DNA of 64,000 nt from Desulfomonilia bacterium (GCA_963664325.2 CAXXDQ010000004.1:704001-768000); one strand, 5' to 3'. Positions 12,047 to 22,821 are shown, numbered from the stretch's first letter. Made by a program: numbers and translations. Notes: a model not told the origin generated them from the letters alone.

Positions 12047-12859
12047 ATGAGAACCGTGAACATCAGGGATATCGTGATCGGCGGGGGCGAACTTGTTTTA
12101 ATCGCCGGTCCTTGTATCATCGAGTCCGTTTCGCATGCCGGCCTGATGGCCGGAGCTCTTAAAGAGATAACGGCTGCCGCTGGGATACCTTTCATATTCA
12201 AGGCGTCCTTTGACAAAGCCAACCGCTCATCGATAAAAGCTTTTCGAGGCCCCGGTCTTATCGAGGGATTGAAAATTCTTTCAGGGATAAGAGAAAAGTT
12301 CGATGTCCCTGTGACTTCTGATATCCATGAGGCCTCTCAGGCCGAGCCTGCGGCGGGCGTGCTTGATATCATTCAGATACCTGCATTTTTGTGCCGGCAG
12401 ACCGACCTGCTTGTCGCAGCAGGGAAAACAGGAAAACCGGTTAATGTTAAAAAAGGGCAGTTCCTTGCACCCTGGGATATGTCAAATGTGGTTTCCAAAA
12501 TTGAAAGCAGCGGCAACAAAAAAATTATGCTTACGGAACGCGGAGCATCATTCGGATACAATAACCTTGTCTGCGATCTGCGTTCTCTGGGTTTCATGCG
12601 CTCGCTTGGTTATCCTGTTGTACTTGACGTAACGCACAGCCTGCAATTGCCGGGCGGCATGGGTGCTTCATCCGGCGGAAACCGTGAATTCATAGCGCCG
12701 CTTGCCAGGGCAGGCGTTGCATTCGGCGTAGATGCCTTGTTTATGGAAGTTCACAATAACCCTGAGATGGCACTGAGCGATGGTGCCAACTCTTTCAGGC
12801 TTGATGAACTTGAAGGACTTTTAAGGCAGATCAGGGAAATAGGCAGGATTGTAAGATGA
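12047..12859 (+). CDS. kdsA: KDO 8-phosphate synthase
   Basis: IAGPC, KASFDKANRSS, QIPAFLCRQTDL, KKGQFL. Confidence 0.97.
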   Translation: MRTVNIRDIVIGGGELVLIAGPCIIESVSHAGLMAGALKEITAAAGIPFIFKASFDKANRSSIKAFRGPGLIEGLKILSGIREKFDVPVTSDIHEASQAEPAAGVLDIIQIPAFLCRQTDLLVAAGKTGKPVNVKKGQFLAPWDMSNVVSKIESSGNKKIMLTERGASFGYNNLVCDLRSLGFMRSLGYPVVLDVTHSLQLPGGMGASSGGNREFIAPLARAGVAFGVDALFMEVHNNPEMALSDGANSFRLDELEGLLRQIREIGRIVR

Positions 12860-13359
12860 ATAAGATTAAAATCCTCGTTCTTGATGTCGACGGTGTCCTT
12901 ACCGACGGCAGCATATATGTAAGCGATCATGGAGATGAAATGAAGGCATTTAACAGCAGGGACGGACACGGCATAAAACTCCTGCAGCGGGCCGGCATTG
13001 AAACTGCAATCATAACCGGACGAGTATCCGGGGCTCTCAAGCACAGGGCGGAAGAACTGGGCATCAGGCACGTGTACCAGAATGCAAAGGATAAAAAGGA
13101 TACGATCTTGAAGCTTTCTTCGGAATTGGGTGTTGAAACGAAGGAAATGGCATATATGGGAGATGATGTGGTCGATATCCCTGCAATGATCCTTTGCGCA
13201 ATGTCTTTTGCCCCTAGTGATGCAATGGATACCGTTAAAGAAAGGGCGGATTTTGTAACAGAACTTTCCGGAGGAAAAGGTGCTGTACGCGAGGCGATTG
13301 AAGTCATCCTGAAAAAAGAAGGGCTCTATGACGAGGTGATGAAACGCTATGTGGCGTAA
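12856..13359 (+). CDS. kdsC: KDO 8-phosphate phosphatase (HAD)
   Basis: DVDGVLTDG, MGDDVVD, GGKGAVRE. Confidence 0.93.
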   Translation: MNKIKILVLDVDGVLTDGSIYVSDHGDEMKAFNSRDGHGIKLLQRAGIETAIITGRVSGALKHRAEELGIRHVYQNAKDKKDTILKLSSELGVETKEMAYMGDDVVDIPAMILCAMSFAPSDAMDTVKERADFVTELSGGKGAVREAIEVILKKEGLYDEVMKRYVA

Positions 13360-13888
13360 GGTGCTGGGCGGAATTTTGCTGATCATAATAATTGTTGCTG
13401 CGGTTTTAATATTCAGCAATTCACACAATAGCATGAAAACCCCCGTAAAACCTATGGAAGCCGACCGTGTAGCCAGGAACATAACGCTTTACGAGCTCAA
13501 TACCGACGGCAACAAAACAACAATTCTGCATGCGAAAAAGGGTCTTCTCAAAGAGGATCAGGTTCTAGATCTATACGATATTACCCTCAACCAGGAGGAC
13601 AAATTCATCATCACAGGGCCGGAAGCCAGATACAACATGGAAAAGTCAAACCTCGATGTAAAAGGAGACATACTGCTTACGGCAAAGGATGGGAGCCGTG
13701 CTTTTTTTAAAGACCTGACCTGGGAAAAATCGTCAAACCTTCTGCATACGGATAACCCGGTCAGGCTGGAGAAAGAGGGCGGGTGGCTTACAGGGCGGAA
13801 AATGGAAATGAACGATGACCTTTCAAGAATAAGTTTTTCAGGTGGTGTGCATGCGCAGATCAATCGTAATTTTGATATTGGCAGTTAG
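13349..13888 (+). CDS. lptC: LPS export protein LptC
   Basis: N-terminal TM plus beta-jellyroll-like sequence; position before lptA/lptB. Confidence 0.75.
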   Translation: MWRKVLGGILLIIIIVAAVLIFSNSHNSMKTPVKPMEADRVARNITLYELNTDGNKTTILHAKKGLLKEDQVLDLYDITLNQEDKFIITGPEARYNMEKSNLDVKGDILLTAKDGSRAFFKDLTWEKSSNLLHTDNPVRLEKEGGWLTGRKMEMNDDLSRISFSGGVHAQINRNFDIGS

Positions 13889-14444
13889 CTTGAGTCTTCC
13901 ATCTGCGGTCTTTTCCGCGGGGGGGCAAAAAGCACCGGCGTCAAAAACGGAAAAACCAAAAGTAACTTCACAGGTTGCAGCTGTTAAGGATAAAGCGACT
14001 CCGGCCGATATGTTTGACATAGAGGCGGACAAACTTGATGTATACAAGGCTAAAGGAGAGGCGTTTTTCCAGGGGAATGTCATAGCGACCAAGCCGGACA
14101 TGACTATTAAGAGCAAGACTATGAGGATATTTTACAACAACGCCACCAAACAATTAAAACAGATGATTGCAGAAGGCAATGTCTCGATAAAGATGAAAGA
14201 CCCTGAAAAGGGTCCGGACAGGGATGCTACATGCAAAAAGGCAATCTATGAGTATGAGGACAAAAAGATATTCCTGATAGGCGATGTGGTGATCATACAG
14301 GGACAAAACAGGCTTTCTGGCCAGAAGGTTACATTAGATATCGAAGGTGACAGACAGCAAGTTGAGAGTGCTCCGGGTACGAGAGTGAAAATAAAAGGAA
14401 CACTAGACAAAAACAGCTCAACAGGGGCTGCGGTTCCATGGTAG
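13851..14444 (+). CDS. lptA: LPS transport periplasmic protein LptA (OstA family)
   Basis: Signal peptide, IEADKL, FQGNV, AEGNV; synteny. Confidence 0.8.
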   Translation: MRRSIVILILAVSLSLPSAVFSAGGQKAPASKTEKPKVTSQVAAVKDKATPADMFDIEADKLDVYKAKGEAFFQGNVIATKPDMTIKSKTMRIFYNNATKQLKQMIAEGNVSIKMKDPEKGPDRDATCKKAIYEYEDKKIFLIGDVVIIQGQNRLSGQKVTLDIEGDRQQVESAPGTRVKIKGTLDKNSSTGAAVPW

Positions 14445-15169
14445 AAGTTATATTACGGGCCGAGGCCCTTCAAAAGAGTTTCGGCAAGGCTCATATTATA
14501 AAAGGGCTTGGCATAAGCTGCTCTACAGGTGAAATAATCGGCCTTCTTGGTCCCAACGGAGCAGGAAAGACCACTACATTCTATATGATAGTCGGTCTTA
14601 TCAGGCCCGATAAAGGCGTTGTGTTTCTTGGAGATGAGGATATAACAACCATTGATCTCTCGGGCCGGGCCAGAAAAGGTATAGGCTATCTTCCCCAGGA
14701 GGCATCCATATTCCGTGGTCTTACCGTTGAACAGAACATCTCCGTTCCTCTCGAAGCGAGAGGATTGAAAAGGCAGGATTTATCTGTTGAACTTGATGAT
14801 ATCATATCGATGTTCGGCCTTGACAGGGTGCGAAAACAAAAAGGATTGTCACTCTCGGGAGGTGAGCGCAGGCGTGTTGAAATTGCCCGTTCAATGGCAT
14901 TAAAGCCGAGATTTCTTCTGCTTGACGAGCCTTTTGCGGGCATCGATCCGATAACGGTAAAGGATATACAGGATATGATCCTCACCCTGAAAAACAAAGG
15001 GATAGGCATCATTATAACGGACCATAATGTCCGTGAAACGCTGAAAATATGCGATCGGGCATATATAATCCACCAGGGATTAGTCATAGAGGAAGGCCTG
15101 CCCGATGATGTTATTAAAAACGAACAGGTCAAGAAGTTTTATGTAGGAGATGATTTCTCTTTGAGCTAG
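14438..15169 (+). CDS. lptB: LPS export ABC ATPase
   Basis: GPNGAGKTT, YLPQEASIF, LSGGERRRVEIAR, DEPFAG, TDHNVRET. Confidence 0.96.
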   Translation: MVEVILRAEALQKSFGKAHIIKGLGISCSTGEIIGLLGPNGAGKTTTFYMIVGLIRPDKGVVFLGDEDITTIDLSGRARKGIGYLPQEASIFRGLTVEQNISVPLEARGLKRQDLSVELDDIISMFGLDRVRKQKGLSLSGGERRRVEIARSMALKPRFLLLDEPFAGIDPITVKDIQDMILTLKNKGIGIIITDHNVRETLKICDRAYIIHQGLVIEEGLPDDVIKNEQVKKFYVGDDFSLS

Positions 15170-15188
15170 AAAAAGAATAGGGAAATAA

Positions 15189-16563
15189 ATGGCACTGGAA
15201 ATAAGACAGCATCTTAAACTGGCACAGCAGCTTATAATGACGCCGCAGCTCCAGCAGGCGATAAAACTGCTCCAGTTTTCACGGCTCGAACTTCAGGAGT
15301 TTATTGATCAGGAGCTCGAGTCCAATCCGATGCTCGATATCGAGCAGACACCGAAAGAAAAGCTTGATAAACCTGAAGAACCTGATTTCTTTAAGCGTAA
15401 ATGGGATGCTTATCTCGAAACCTACGGACAGGATAACGTCCCTTATTCCGAGGATGAAGACAGGCCTTCGTTCGAGGCTACGACAAGCAGACAGGAAGGT
15501 TTGACGGAATATCTCTTATGGCAGTTGAGAATGAACGACATATGCGAGGAGCACTGTTCTACGGGTATATTTATTATCGGGAACCTTGATAACAACGGAT
15601 ACCTGGCGGTTGATATACCCCAGATATGCGAAGCTACAGGCACTACACCCGAAAAGGCGGAAGAGGTTCTGAAAATCATACAGCAGTTCGACCCACCGGG
15701 AATCGGAGCCCGAGACCTAAAGGAATGCCTTCTGATACAGGCAAAAATACTTGGCTTGGAGGGCTCGCTTGTAGAGCAGATAATTGTGTCGCATCTGGAT
15801 GCCCTCCAGACCAAGAACTATGCCAGGATAGCGCAAGAGCTTAATGTAGGGGTTAATGACGTTGCAAACGCCGCTAAGATAATAACCAATATGGAGCCTC
15901 GGCCTGCAAGGGACTATTCGGATGAACCTCCTCAGTACGTGGTTCCGGATGTCTATGTCGTGAAGGTTGAGGACGGTTATGCGGTTATTCTTAACGAGGA
16001 AGATATACCTATGCTGGCAATCAACAGGCAGTATTATGAAATGATGTCGTCGAATGAAACAAACAAGGCGGCAAAGGAATATCTCTCGGAAGGGATGAAA
16101 GCTGCACAGTGGCTCATCAAAAGCGTTCAGCAGAGACAAAATACGTTGTGCAAGGTAACCGAGAGCATCATGAGCTTTCAGAAGGAGTTTCTTGACAAGG
16201 GCATTACCTATTTAAAACCTCTCATTCTAAGGGATGTCGCGGATGACGTGGGGATGCATGAATCTACAATATCGCGAGTTACATCGAATAAATACGTACA
16301 TACGCCGCAGGGTACATTTGAACTCAAATATTTCTTCGGCAGCGGCATATCAAAATCGGACGGGAGCTTTGTAGCATCCCAGAGCATCAAGAACGATATT
16401 GAAAAATATCATCAAAAACGAAAATGCAAAGCATCCGCTGTCAGATCAGGTTATAGCAAAAATGCTTAAAGGAAAGGGGGTGGAGATTGCCAGGCGCACT
16501 GTCGCCAAATACCGGGAGATTTTAGGGATACTGCCTTCAAACAGAAGGAAAAAATACTATTAA
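15189..16563 (+). CDS. rpoN: RNA polymerase sigma-54 factor (one extra A near 16402-16406 in this sequence)
   Basis: LQQAIKLLQ, HESTISR; the RpoN box ARRTVAKYRE and stop at 16561-16563 lie in the shifted frame after GAAAAA. Confidence 0.92.
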
Positions 16564-16578
16564 ACCTTAGGAGGGTAT

Positions 16579-17098
16579 ATGCACATTGATATCACCTTCA
16601 AGAACATTGATCCGTCGGACGCGCTAAAGGATTATGCAAAAAAAAGACTGACTAAAATCGGAAAATTCATAGACCGGCCAGCAGAGGCACATGTGATTCT
16701 GTCTGTTGAGAAAATCAGGCACAAAGCTGAAGTTACGCTCAATGCCGACGGGGTGATAATTAATGCAATAGAAATAACAGAAGATATGTACTCAGCAATA
16801 GACATAGTAATGGAGAAGCTTGAAAGACAGGTCAAGAAGCACAAGGAAAAAGCTCCAGGTCAGAAAGCCCGTGGCAAAAAATCTGGAAGAGGAAGTCCAG
16901 GCAAAACCGGGAAAGAAGCTCAAGGTAGTAAAGGAAAAAGACTATTTCGTCAAACCCATGAGTGTTGAGGAAGCAATCCTGCAGCTTGATGTGGGAGAGC
17001 AGGATTTCATAATATTCCACAATACGAATTCAAAACAGATCAACCTTATCTATAAGAGAAAGGACGGTTCTCTAGGTGTAGTTGAACCGCAGATTTAA
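16579..17098 (+). CDS. hpf: Long ribosome hibernation promoting factor (one extra A near 16847-16851)
   Basis: N-terminal S30AE domain (DMYSAID) in ORF 16579; C-terminal KPMSVEEA...LIYKRKDG in ORF 16820-17098. Confidence 0.88.
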
Positions 17099-17107
17099 GG
17101 GTTTATC

Positions 17108-17147
17108 ACAGCCTGCCGTTAACAAGTTCGTATGGCAGGCTGTTTTT
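17108..17147 (+). terminator. Intrinsic terminator of the pyrG-hpf operon
   Basis: ACAGCCTGCC...GGCAGGCTGT followed by T tract. Confidence 0.6.
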
Positions 17148-17225
17148 GTCAATGTGCACAAATCGCAGGTCAGGATAGCTGACTGTTATGATCATAATCT
17201 TCAATCCCCATGACGCCATGATGAA

Positions 17226-18113
17226 TCATTGTTTGCCGGGTGAATTCTCTAAGTGCAGCCTTCCTGTATTTTTCAAATATTCCTGAAGTGCAATCTGCCA
17301 CGGCGGCATGATTTTACCTGTTGTCTGGGTGAACTTTTTTGTCGAGAGGATACTCTTTGCAGGACGTCTTGCGGGACGGGGAAATTCATCCGTTGACACT
17401 GGATTGACTGTTGCTGAAACCATGCTTAGCTTAACAGCCTTTTGGGCAAGCTCAAACCATGAGGCCTTTCCCCTGTTGCATACATGGAATATGCCTCTGG
17501 CATTATTTTCAATGAGAAGCCTTACCGCTTTTGACAGGTCTTTCGAATATGTGGGAGAGCCGAACTGGTCATTCACGACATTTATACTTCCGCGTACTGC
17601 TGCAAGCTTTAAGATTGTATCGACAAAATTCGGCCCGTTTGTTCCGAAAAGCCACTGCGTTCTTATAATGCAGAATTCCTTCATGTTCCTTTTGATAGCC
17701 TGTTCACCCATGAGCTTTCCCCTGCCATATGCATTGATGGGGTTTACAGGATCATCCTCGCTGTATGGACTTTCTTTTAAGCCGTCAAAGACATAGTCGG
17801 TGCTGATATGCATAAGTTTTATCCCGAGGCGGCTGCATTCAGCAGCGAGATACCCGGGTGCAGTTCCGTTCAGAAGAGTTGCCGCTTTCTCGTCGGTCTC
17901 ACAGGCATCGACCTTTGTGTACGCGGCACAATTGATGACCCAGTCAGGCATCTTTTCTTCCAGGACGTTCTTTATTGACCGGGGACTGGTGATGTCCAGC
18001 ATGGTTTTATCCGGTGATATGTCCGATTGAACAACATCATGTCCGGCGGCGGTCAGTTCATTACACAAATCGCTGCCAAGCATACCCGCGGAGCCTGTGA
18101 CGAGGATCTTCAT
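17226..18113 (-). CDS. rfbD: dTDP-4-dehydrorhamnose reductase
   Basis: GSAGMLG, NCAAYTKVD, STDYVFDG, YGRGK, DQFGSPT. Confidence 0.95.
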   Translation of the reverse strand: MKILVTGSAGMLGSDLCNELTAAGHDVVQSDISPDKTMLDITSPRSIKNVLEEKMPDWVINCAAYTKVDACETDEKAATLLNGTAPGYLAAECSRLGIKLMHISTDYVFDGLKESPYSEDDPVNPINAYGRGKLMGEQAIKRNMKEFCIIRTQWLFGTNGPNFVDTILKLAAVRGSINVVNDQFGSPTYSKDLSKAVRLLIENNARGIFHVCNRGKASWFELAQKAVKLSMVSATVNPVSTDEFPRPARRPAKSILSTKKFTQTTGKIMPPWQIALQEYLKNTGRLHLENSPGKQ

Positions 18114-19129
18114 CTGTTGGCGTACATCCTGTCATAATAATTAAGATAATCCCCTGTACGTATCCTTTCCCACCAGGATCTGTTTGCAATGTACCAGTCT
18201 ATGGTGGAAGATATGCCTTTTTCAAACGTCATCAAGGGCCGCCAGCCCAGTTCCTTCTCAATTTTTGAAAAATCCATAGCATACCGGAAATCGTGGCCCG
18301 GCCTGTCCTTGACATATTTTATAAGGCTTTCAGGCTTGTTCATATACCCAAGGATCAGCTTTACGATCTCAATATTCATTTTTTCGGCATTTCCACCCAT
18401 ATTGTACGCCTGACCAGTTCTTCCTTTAAGGGCTACTGTAAGGATCCCCCTGGCGTGGTCAGTGACATGAATCCAGTCGCGTATGTTCCTGCCGTCACCG
18501 TAGACGGGCAGCTCCTTATCTTCCAGAGCATTGGCGATCATCAGAGGAATAAGCTTTTCAGGAAACTGGTAGGCCCCGTAATTGTTCGAACACCTTGTTA
18601 TTACTGCATCGAGACCGAAAGTCTTTATGTATGCCCTTACCAGAAGGTCTGCTGATGCCTTTGATGCCGAGTACGGGCTGTTGGGCCTGAGCGGAAGGTC
18701 TTCAGTGAATGCGCCTGTAGCCCCGAGCGACCCGTAGACTTCATCGGTTGATACATGCAGAAAGCGGCTTACTTTATGCTTTTGCGCAGCATCAAGCAGA
18801 ACCTGTGTTCCCATGATGTTTGTACGTATGAATACGCCCGCGGCCTCTATGCTCCTGTCCACATGGGATTCCGCCGCAAGGTTGAGAATCAGGTCGAATT
18901 TGTTTTCTTCAAAGACCTCGTTTACTTTTGCGGCATCGGAAATGTCGCCCCTGATGAATTTATATCTGGAAGGATAGCGCACCTCGAGGTCTGAAGTGTT
19001 TTCAAGGTTGCCTGCATAGGTAAGGAGATCATAGTTGAAGATAGAATACTCGGGCACATCAGAAAGTATATATCGAATAAGATTTGTTCCGATAAAACCG
19101 CAGCCTCCTGTGATCAGAACTTTTGCCAT
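18110..19129 (-). CDS. rfbB: dTDP-glucose 4,6-dehydratase
   Basis: GGCGFIG, AAESHVDRSI, STDEVYG, YSASK, DRPGHD. Confidence 0.96.
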   Translation of the reverse strand: MAKVLITGGCGFIGTNLIRYILSDVPEYSIFNYDLLTYAGNLENTSDLEVRYPSRYKFIRGDISDAAKVNEVFEENKFDLILNLAAESHVDRSIEAAGVFIRTNIMGTQVLLDAAQKHKVSRFLHVSTDEVYGSLGATGAFTEDLPLRPNSPYSASKASADLLVRAYIKTFGLDAVITRCSNNYGAYQFPEKLIPLMIANALEDKELPVYGDGRNIRDWIHVTDHARGILTVALKGRTGQAYNMGGNAEKMNIEIVKLILGYMNKPESLIKYVKDRPGHDFRYAMDFSKIEKELGWRPLMTFEKGISSTIDWYIANRSWWERIRTGDYLNYYDRMYANR

Positions 19130-19140
19130 TATTTTCTCTC

Positions 19141-19887
19141 CTAATATTCCACGCTAACAAGGTAAAGACCCTGCGGCGGTGCCGTAGGGCCGGCCTCGGC
19201 GCGGTTTCTTGAATCAATTATTCTTTTAATGTCAGAAAAATCAGTCTTTCCTTTGCCGACCTCAAGCAATGTCCCGACTATATTTCTTACCATATGCCTT
19301 AAAAATCCGTTACCTTTTATTGCATAGTATAACATATCACCGCTTATAAATATTTCCGATTCCTTGATATTTCTTACAGTTGATTTAACCGGTGTGCCAA
19401 CGCCCATGAATGATGCAAAGTCATGCTCTCCTAAAAATAATTGTGCCGCACTTTCCATGGCCTTAATATCAAGTTGGTGTTTCATATGCAGTGCATACCT
19501 GGAAAGTAGCGGATTCTTAACAGGAGACATGTTAACTGCATATATATAAGTTTTTGATCTTGCAGAGTACCGGGGGTGAAAATCAAGTCCAGCTTCTTGA
19601 ACAGATATAACCGAGACATCCGCCGGCAGCATTGAGTTGGCAGCTCTTAAGAGGGCATCTTCCGGTATCATTGATTCCGTTAAGAATGTTGCTACCTGTC
19701 CGAATGCATGAACACCGGCATCGGTTCTTCCTGCCGCAAGAATTCTCGTCTTATTTTTCAGTATTGTATCAAGGGTACGCTCAATTGTATCCTGTACGGT
19801 GCGGAGTCCGGGCTGAACCTGCCATCCGGAAAATTCCGAACCGTCGTAAGAAAGAACAAGTTTGATATTTCTTGCCAAATCCATCAT
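19141..19887 (-). CDS. truA: tRNA pseudouridine(38-40) synthase
   Basis: YDGSEFSGWQ, AGRTDAGVHA, FLRHMVR, TAPPQGL. Confidence 0.96.
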   Translation of the reverse strand: MMDLARNIKLVLSYDGSEFSGWQVQPGLRTVQDTIERTLDTILKNKTRILAAGRTDAGVHAFGQVATFLTESMIPEDALLRAANSMLPADVSVISVQEAGLDFHPRYSARSKTYIYAVNMSPVKNPLLSRYALHMKHQLDIKAMESAAQLFLGEHDFASFMGVGTPVKSTVRNIKESEIFISGDMLYYAIKGNGFLRHMVRNIVGTLLEVGKGKTDFSDIKRIIDSRNRAEAGPTAPPQGLYLVSVEY

Positions 19888-19937
19888 GCTTCCTTATCAA
19901 TATAATATTGCCGATTCAAGGTCCAAGGAGGAATGAT

Positions 19938-20270
19938 ATGATAGGTTTTGACAGGAGGACTTTTCAGCGCATTATGGTCTCTGTTGAGTTGAAAATAGTC
20001 ATTGGCACCGACTTTGTTTCAGGCATTACCAGAGATGTTTCAAAAAAAGGGTTCTGTGTTGCTATACCTACGGCCAGACTGAAAAGCGGTATGCTCGACA
20101 AACTCGAGGAAAAGGTCGTTATATATCTGGGGGAGTCTATACTTTATGGCCTAGTAAGATGGTATGATGTTGAAAACGGTTTTTTCAAGATAGGGATAAA
20201 ACTGGATAAGGGTTCCCGAGGAAAGTGGTGGGATATAGTTGGGCCGGCAGCTGAGGCGCAAATAGCTTGA
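19938..20270 (+). CDS. PilZ domain protein
   Basis: RRTFQR (RxxxR) and DVSKKG (DxSxxG); ATG after AGGAGG. Confidence 0.7.
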   Translation: MIGFDRRTFQRIMVSVELKIVIGTDFVSGITRDVSKKGFCVAIPTARLKSGMLDKLEEKVVIYLGESILYGLVRWYDVENGFFKIGIKLDKGSRGKWWDIVGPAAEAQIA

Positions 20271-20310
20271 GCCTGAATGTTTTCAAGCAGTTAGTTGAAG
20301 GAATTCCTTA

Positions 20311-20339
20311 TTGACAGCATGTCCTTTTATTTGTATGAG
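20311..20339 (+). promoter_or_regulatory. Sigma70-type promoter for tRNA-Leu/rpmB
   Basis: TTGACA-N17-TATGAG 10 bp upstream of the tRNA. Confidence 0.55.
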
Positions 20340-20349
20340 GTCTCGATAC

Positions 20350-20435
20350 GCCGAAGTGGTGGAACTGGCAGACACGCTATCTTGAGGGGGTAGTGGGCGA
20401 CGCTCGTCCGGGTTCAAGTCCCGGCTTCGGCACCA
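20350..20435 (+). tRNA. tRNA-Leu (anticodon GAG)
   Basis: GCCGAAG/CTTCGGC acceptor stem, CTATC-TTGAGGG-GGTAG anticodon arm, long variable arm, GTTCAAG T-loop, encoded CCA. Confidence 0.96.
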
Positions 20436-20464
20436 TTTGCCTAAAAAAATAAGGGAGCGACATT

Positions 20465-20659
20465 ATGGCCAGGGTATGCGAGGTATGCGGCAAGGGATCA
20501 CAGACAGGTAACAATGTGAGCCATGCCAACAACAAAACGAAAAAATTATGGTTGCCCAACCTTCAGAAGGTTAGGGTTGAAACTGAAAAAGGCGTAAAAA
20601 GCCTTAAAGTTTGCACTCAGTGCATAAAATCAGGCAAAATCAAAAAGCGCGCAGCCTGA
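20465..20659 (+). CDS. rpmB: 50S ribosomal protein L28
   Basis: [10 protein letters not shown]...[12 protein letters not shown]...PNLQ. Confidence 0.97.
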   Translation: MARVCEVCGKGSQTGNNVSHANNKTKKLWLPNLQKVRVETEKGVKSLKVCTQCIKSGKIKKRAA

Positions 20660-20697
20660 AAAAGATCTTAAGAGAACCGTCAAAGGCCTCTGGCCAA

Positions 20698-22821
20698 TCA
20701 GGTCAGAGGCCTTTCTATTTTTTCCACTCCGCTTAACTTTCTAATTTTAGTGAACAGAGTTTCGAGTTCCGACAGGTTCTTTATCATTATCCTGAAAACG
20801 CAGACGCTGCTTCCGTTGGCTAGAGAAGTTGCCTTCAGTTTTGAGATATTGATGTCTTGGCTTCCCAAAATGGTGGTAATGGAATTCAGCATGCCGGGTC
20901 TGTCATCGCATACGACTGAGAAATCTATTTCATGGGTTTCAAGGGTGTCGGTCTCCCATTCGACCGGGACGAGTCTGCCGGGGTCCTCGGCTGCAACATA
21001 CGGACAGTTTGTTCTGTGGACCGTTATTCCACGGCCTCTTGTAATAAAACCAACAATATCATCACCGGGGATGGGCTTACAGCACCTTGCATATCTTACC
21101 AGTAGGTCTTCTACACCTCTGACGATTATACCTGAACCCTCCTGCCGTTTCTTCTGCGGTTGCTGTATCTTCGGCTGATCTATCTGGTCCTTGGGCGCAT
21201 CAGGTTCGATCTTGTGGATTACCTGAACAACACTCATCCTGCCGAAGCCGATGGCAGCAAAGAAATCATCTTCATTCTTATATGAAAAATCTCGGGCAAG
21301 GTCACCGTAATCTATATCCTTTCGGATGTGCAGGCTTTTGAGCTTCTTTTCAAGGATTTCCCTTCCGAGAGCAATACTCTGTTCGGTTTCCTGTGCCCTG
21401 AGCCATGACCTTATTTTTGTGGTCGCACGGGATGTTACTGCTATCCTCAGCCAGTCCTTGCTGGGGTGCTGTTTGGATGACCTCATAATTTCCAGGACAT
21501 CTCCGCTTTTAAGCTTGTACTTGAGCGGTACGATCTGTCCGTTCACCTTTGCTCCGGTACATTGATTTCCTAACTCGGTATGTATTGAATAGGCAAAATC
21601 CAGCGGTGTTGATCCAGAAGGGAACCGGTGAACATCACCTTTCGGAGTGAATACGTACACCTCTTCAGGATACAGGTCGACTTTTACGCTTTCAAGAAAC
21701 TCCCTTGGATCGTGCAGCTCTTTTTGCCATTCAAGCAGGCGCCTCAGCCAGGTGAATTTTTTCCCGTCCTGGTCGGTCAGTCCCGTACTGTCCTTGTACT
21801 GCCAGTGTGCAGCAATACCCTCGTTCGCTATGCGGTCCATTTCATGGGTTCTTATCTGGAATTCTATCCTTTCCCCAACCGGACCGAAGACCGTCGTATG
21901 GAGAGACTGGTACATGTTGGTTTTGGGCATCGCGATAAAATCCTTGATCCTGGATTGTATGGGTTTCCAGAGGGAATGAATGATTCCGAGAACCTCGTAA
22001 CATTCAGCAACCGTATCAACAATGATCCTGATCCCAAGTATATCATAGACGCCTTCAAACGGTATGCCCTGTTTCTTTAATTTCTGATAGACGCTGTATA
22101 GGTGTTTTATCCTGCCATGGACCTCAGCTTTCAGACCCTGTTCTTCAATCTTTGCACTAACCCTTTTCATTATATCGCCGAGGTAGCTCTCTTTTTCCTT
22201 TGCAACAGATGTAAGTTTTGATTTGACTGTATTGTAACCGATAGGATCGAGATATTTTATGCTGAGCTCTTCAAGCTCAATCTGCATCCAATGTATTCCA
22301 AGACGGTTGGAAAGCGGGGCATAGATGTCAAGCGTTTCCCTGGCTATTCTCTGCTGGGCCTGCGGATTGTGGTATTCAAGGGTCCTCATATTATGAAGCC
22401 GGTCAGCCAGTTTTATCAGAAGGATTCTCAGATCCTTGCTTACTGCCAATAGCATCTTTCTGAAATTCTCGGCTTGCTGTTCCTCTCGTGAGTGGAAATG
22501 TATCTTGCTTATCTTTGTAAGTCCGTCAACGATGACAGCAACCTCGCTGCCAAATGTATTTTCAATGTCATCCACTGTCGTAAGGCTGTCTTCAATCGTA
22601 TCATGCAAAAGAGCCGCAGCAACAGCTACTGCCCCAAGATGCAACCCGGCCGTTATTAATGATACTTCAAGTGGATGATTCAGATAGGGTTCTCCGCTCA
22701 GCCGCATCTGGCCTTGGTGGAGACGTGCGGAAAAAACATAAGCCTTCTCCACAAGGCGAAGGTCAGCCTCAGGCTCGCTGCTGGTGAGCGCATCAAGAAT
22801 ATCGTTAATTCTTACTGTCAA
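20698..22821 (-). CDS. relA: Bifunctional (p)ppGpp synthetase/hydrolase
   Basis: Intact HD hydrolase (LLHDTIED, KLADRLHNMRTL), synthetase (YQSLHT, EFQIRT), TGS, ZFD and ACT domains. Confidence 0.95.
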   Translation of the reverse strand: MTVRINDILDALTSSEPEADLRLVEKAYVFSARLHQGQMRLSGEPYLNHPLEVSLITAGLHLGAVAVAAALLHDTIEDSLTTVDDIENTFGSEVAVIVDGLTKISKIHFHSREEQQAENFRKMLLAVSKDLRILLIKLADRLHNMRTLEYHNPQAQQRIARETLDIYAPLSNRLGIHWMQIELEELSIKYLDPIGYNTVKSKLTSVAKEKESYLGDIMKRVSAKIEEQGLKAEVHGRIKHLYSVYQKLKKQGIPFEGVYDILGIRIIVDTVAECYEVLGIIHSLWKPIQSRIKDFIAMPKTNMYQSLHTTVFGPVGERIEFQIRTHEMDRIANEGIAAHWQYKDSTGLTDQDGKKFTWLRRLLEWQKELHDPREFLESVKVDLYPEEVYVFTPKGDVHRFPSGSTPLDFAYSIHTELGNQCTGAKVNGQIVPLKYKLKSGDVLEIMRSSKQHPSKDWLRIAVTSRATTKIRSWLRAQETEQSIALGREILEKKLKSLHIRKDIDYGDLARDFSYKNEDDFFAAIGFGRMSVVQVIHKIEPDAPKDQIDQPKIQQPQKKRQEGSGIIVRGVEDLLVRYARCCKPIPGDDIVGFITRGRGITVHRTNCPYVAAEDPGRLVPVEWETDTLETHEIDFSVVCDDRPGMLNSITTILGSQDINISKLKATSLANGSSVCVFRIMIKNLSELETLFTKIRKLSGVEKIERPLT

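Noticed and set aside
20350-20435. tRNA-Leu as an integration site
   Set aside because: No integrase or duplicated tRNA 3' end seen; rpmB follows immediately.
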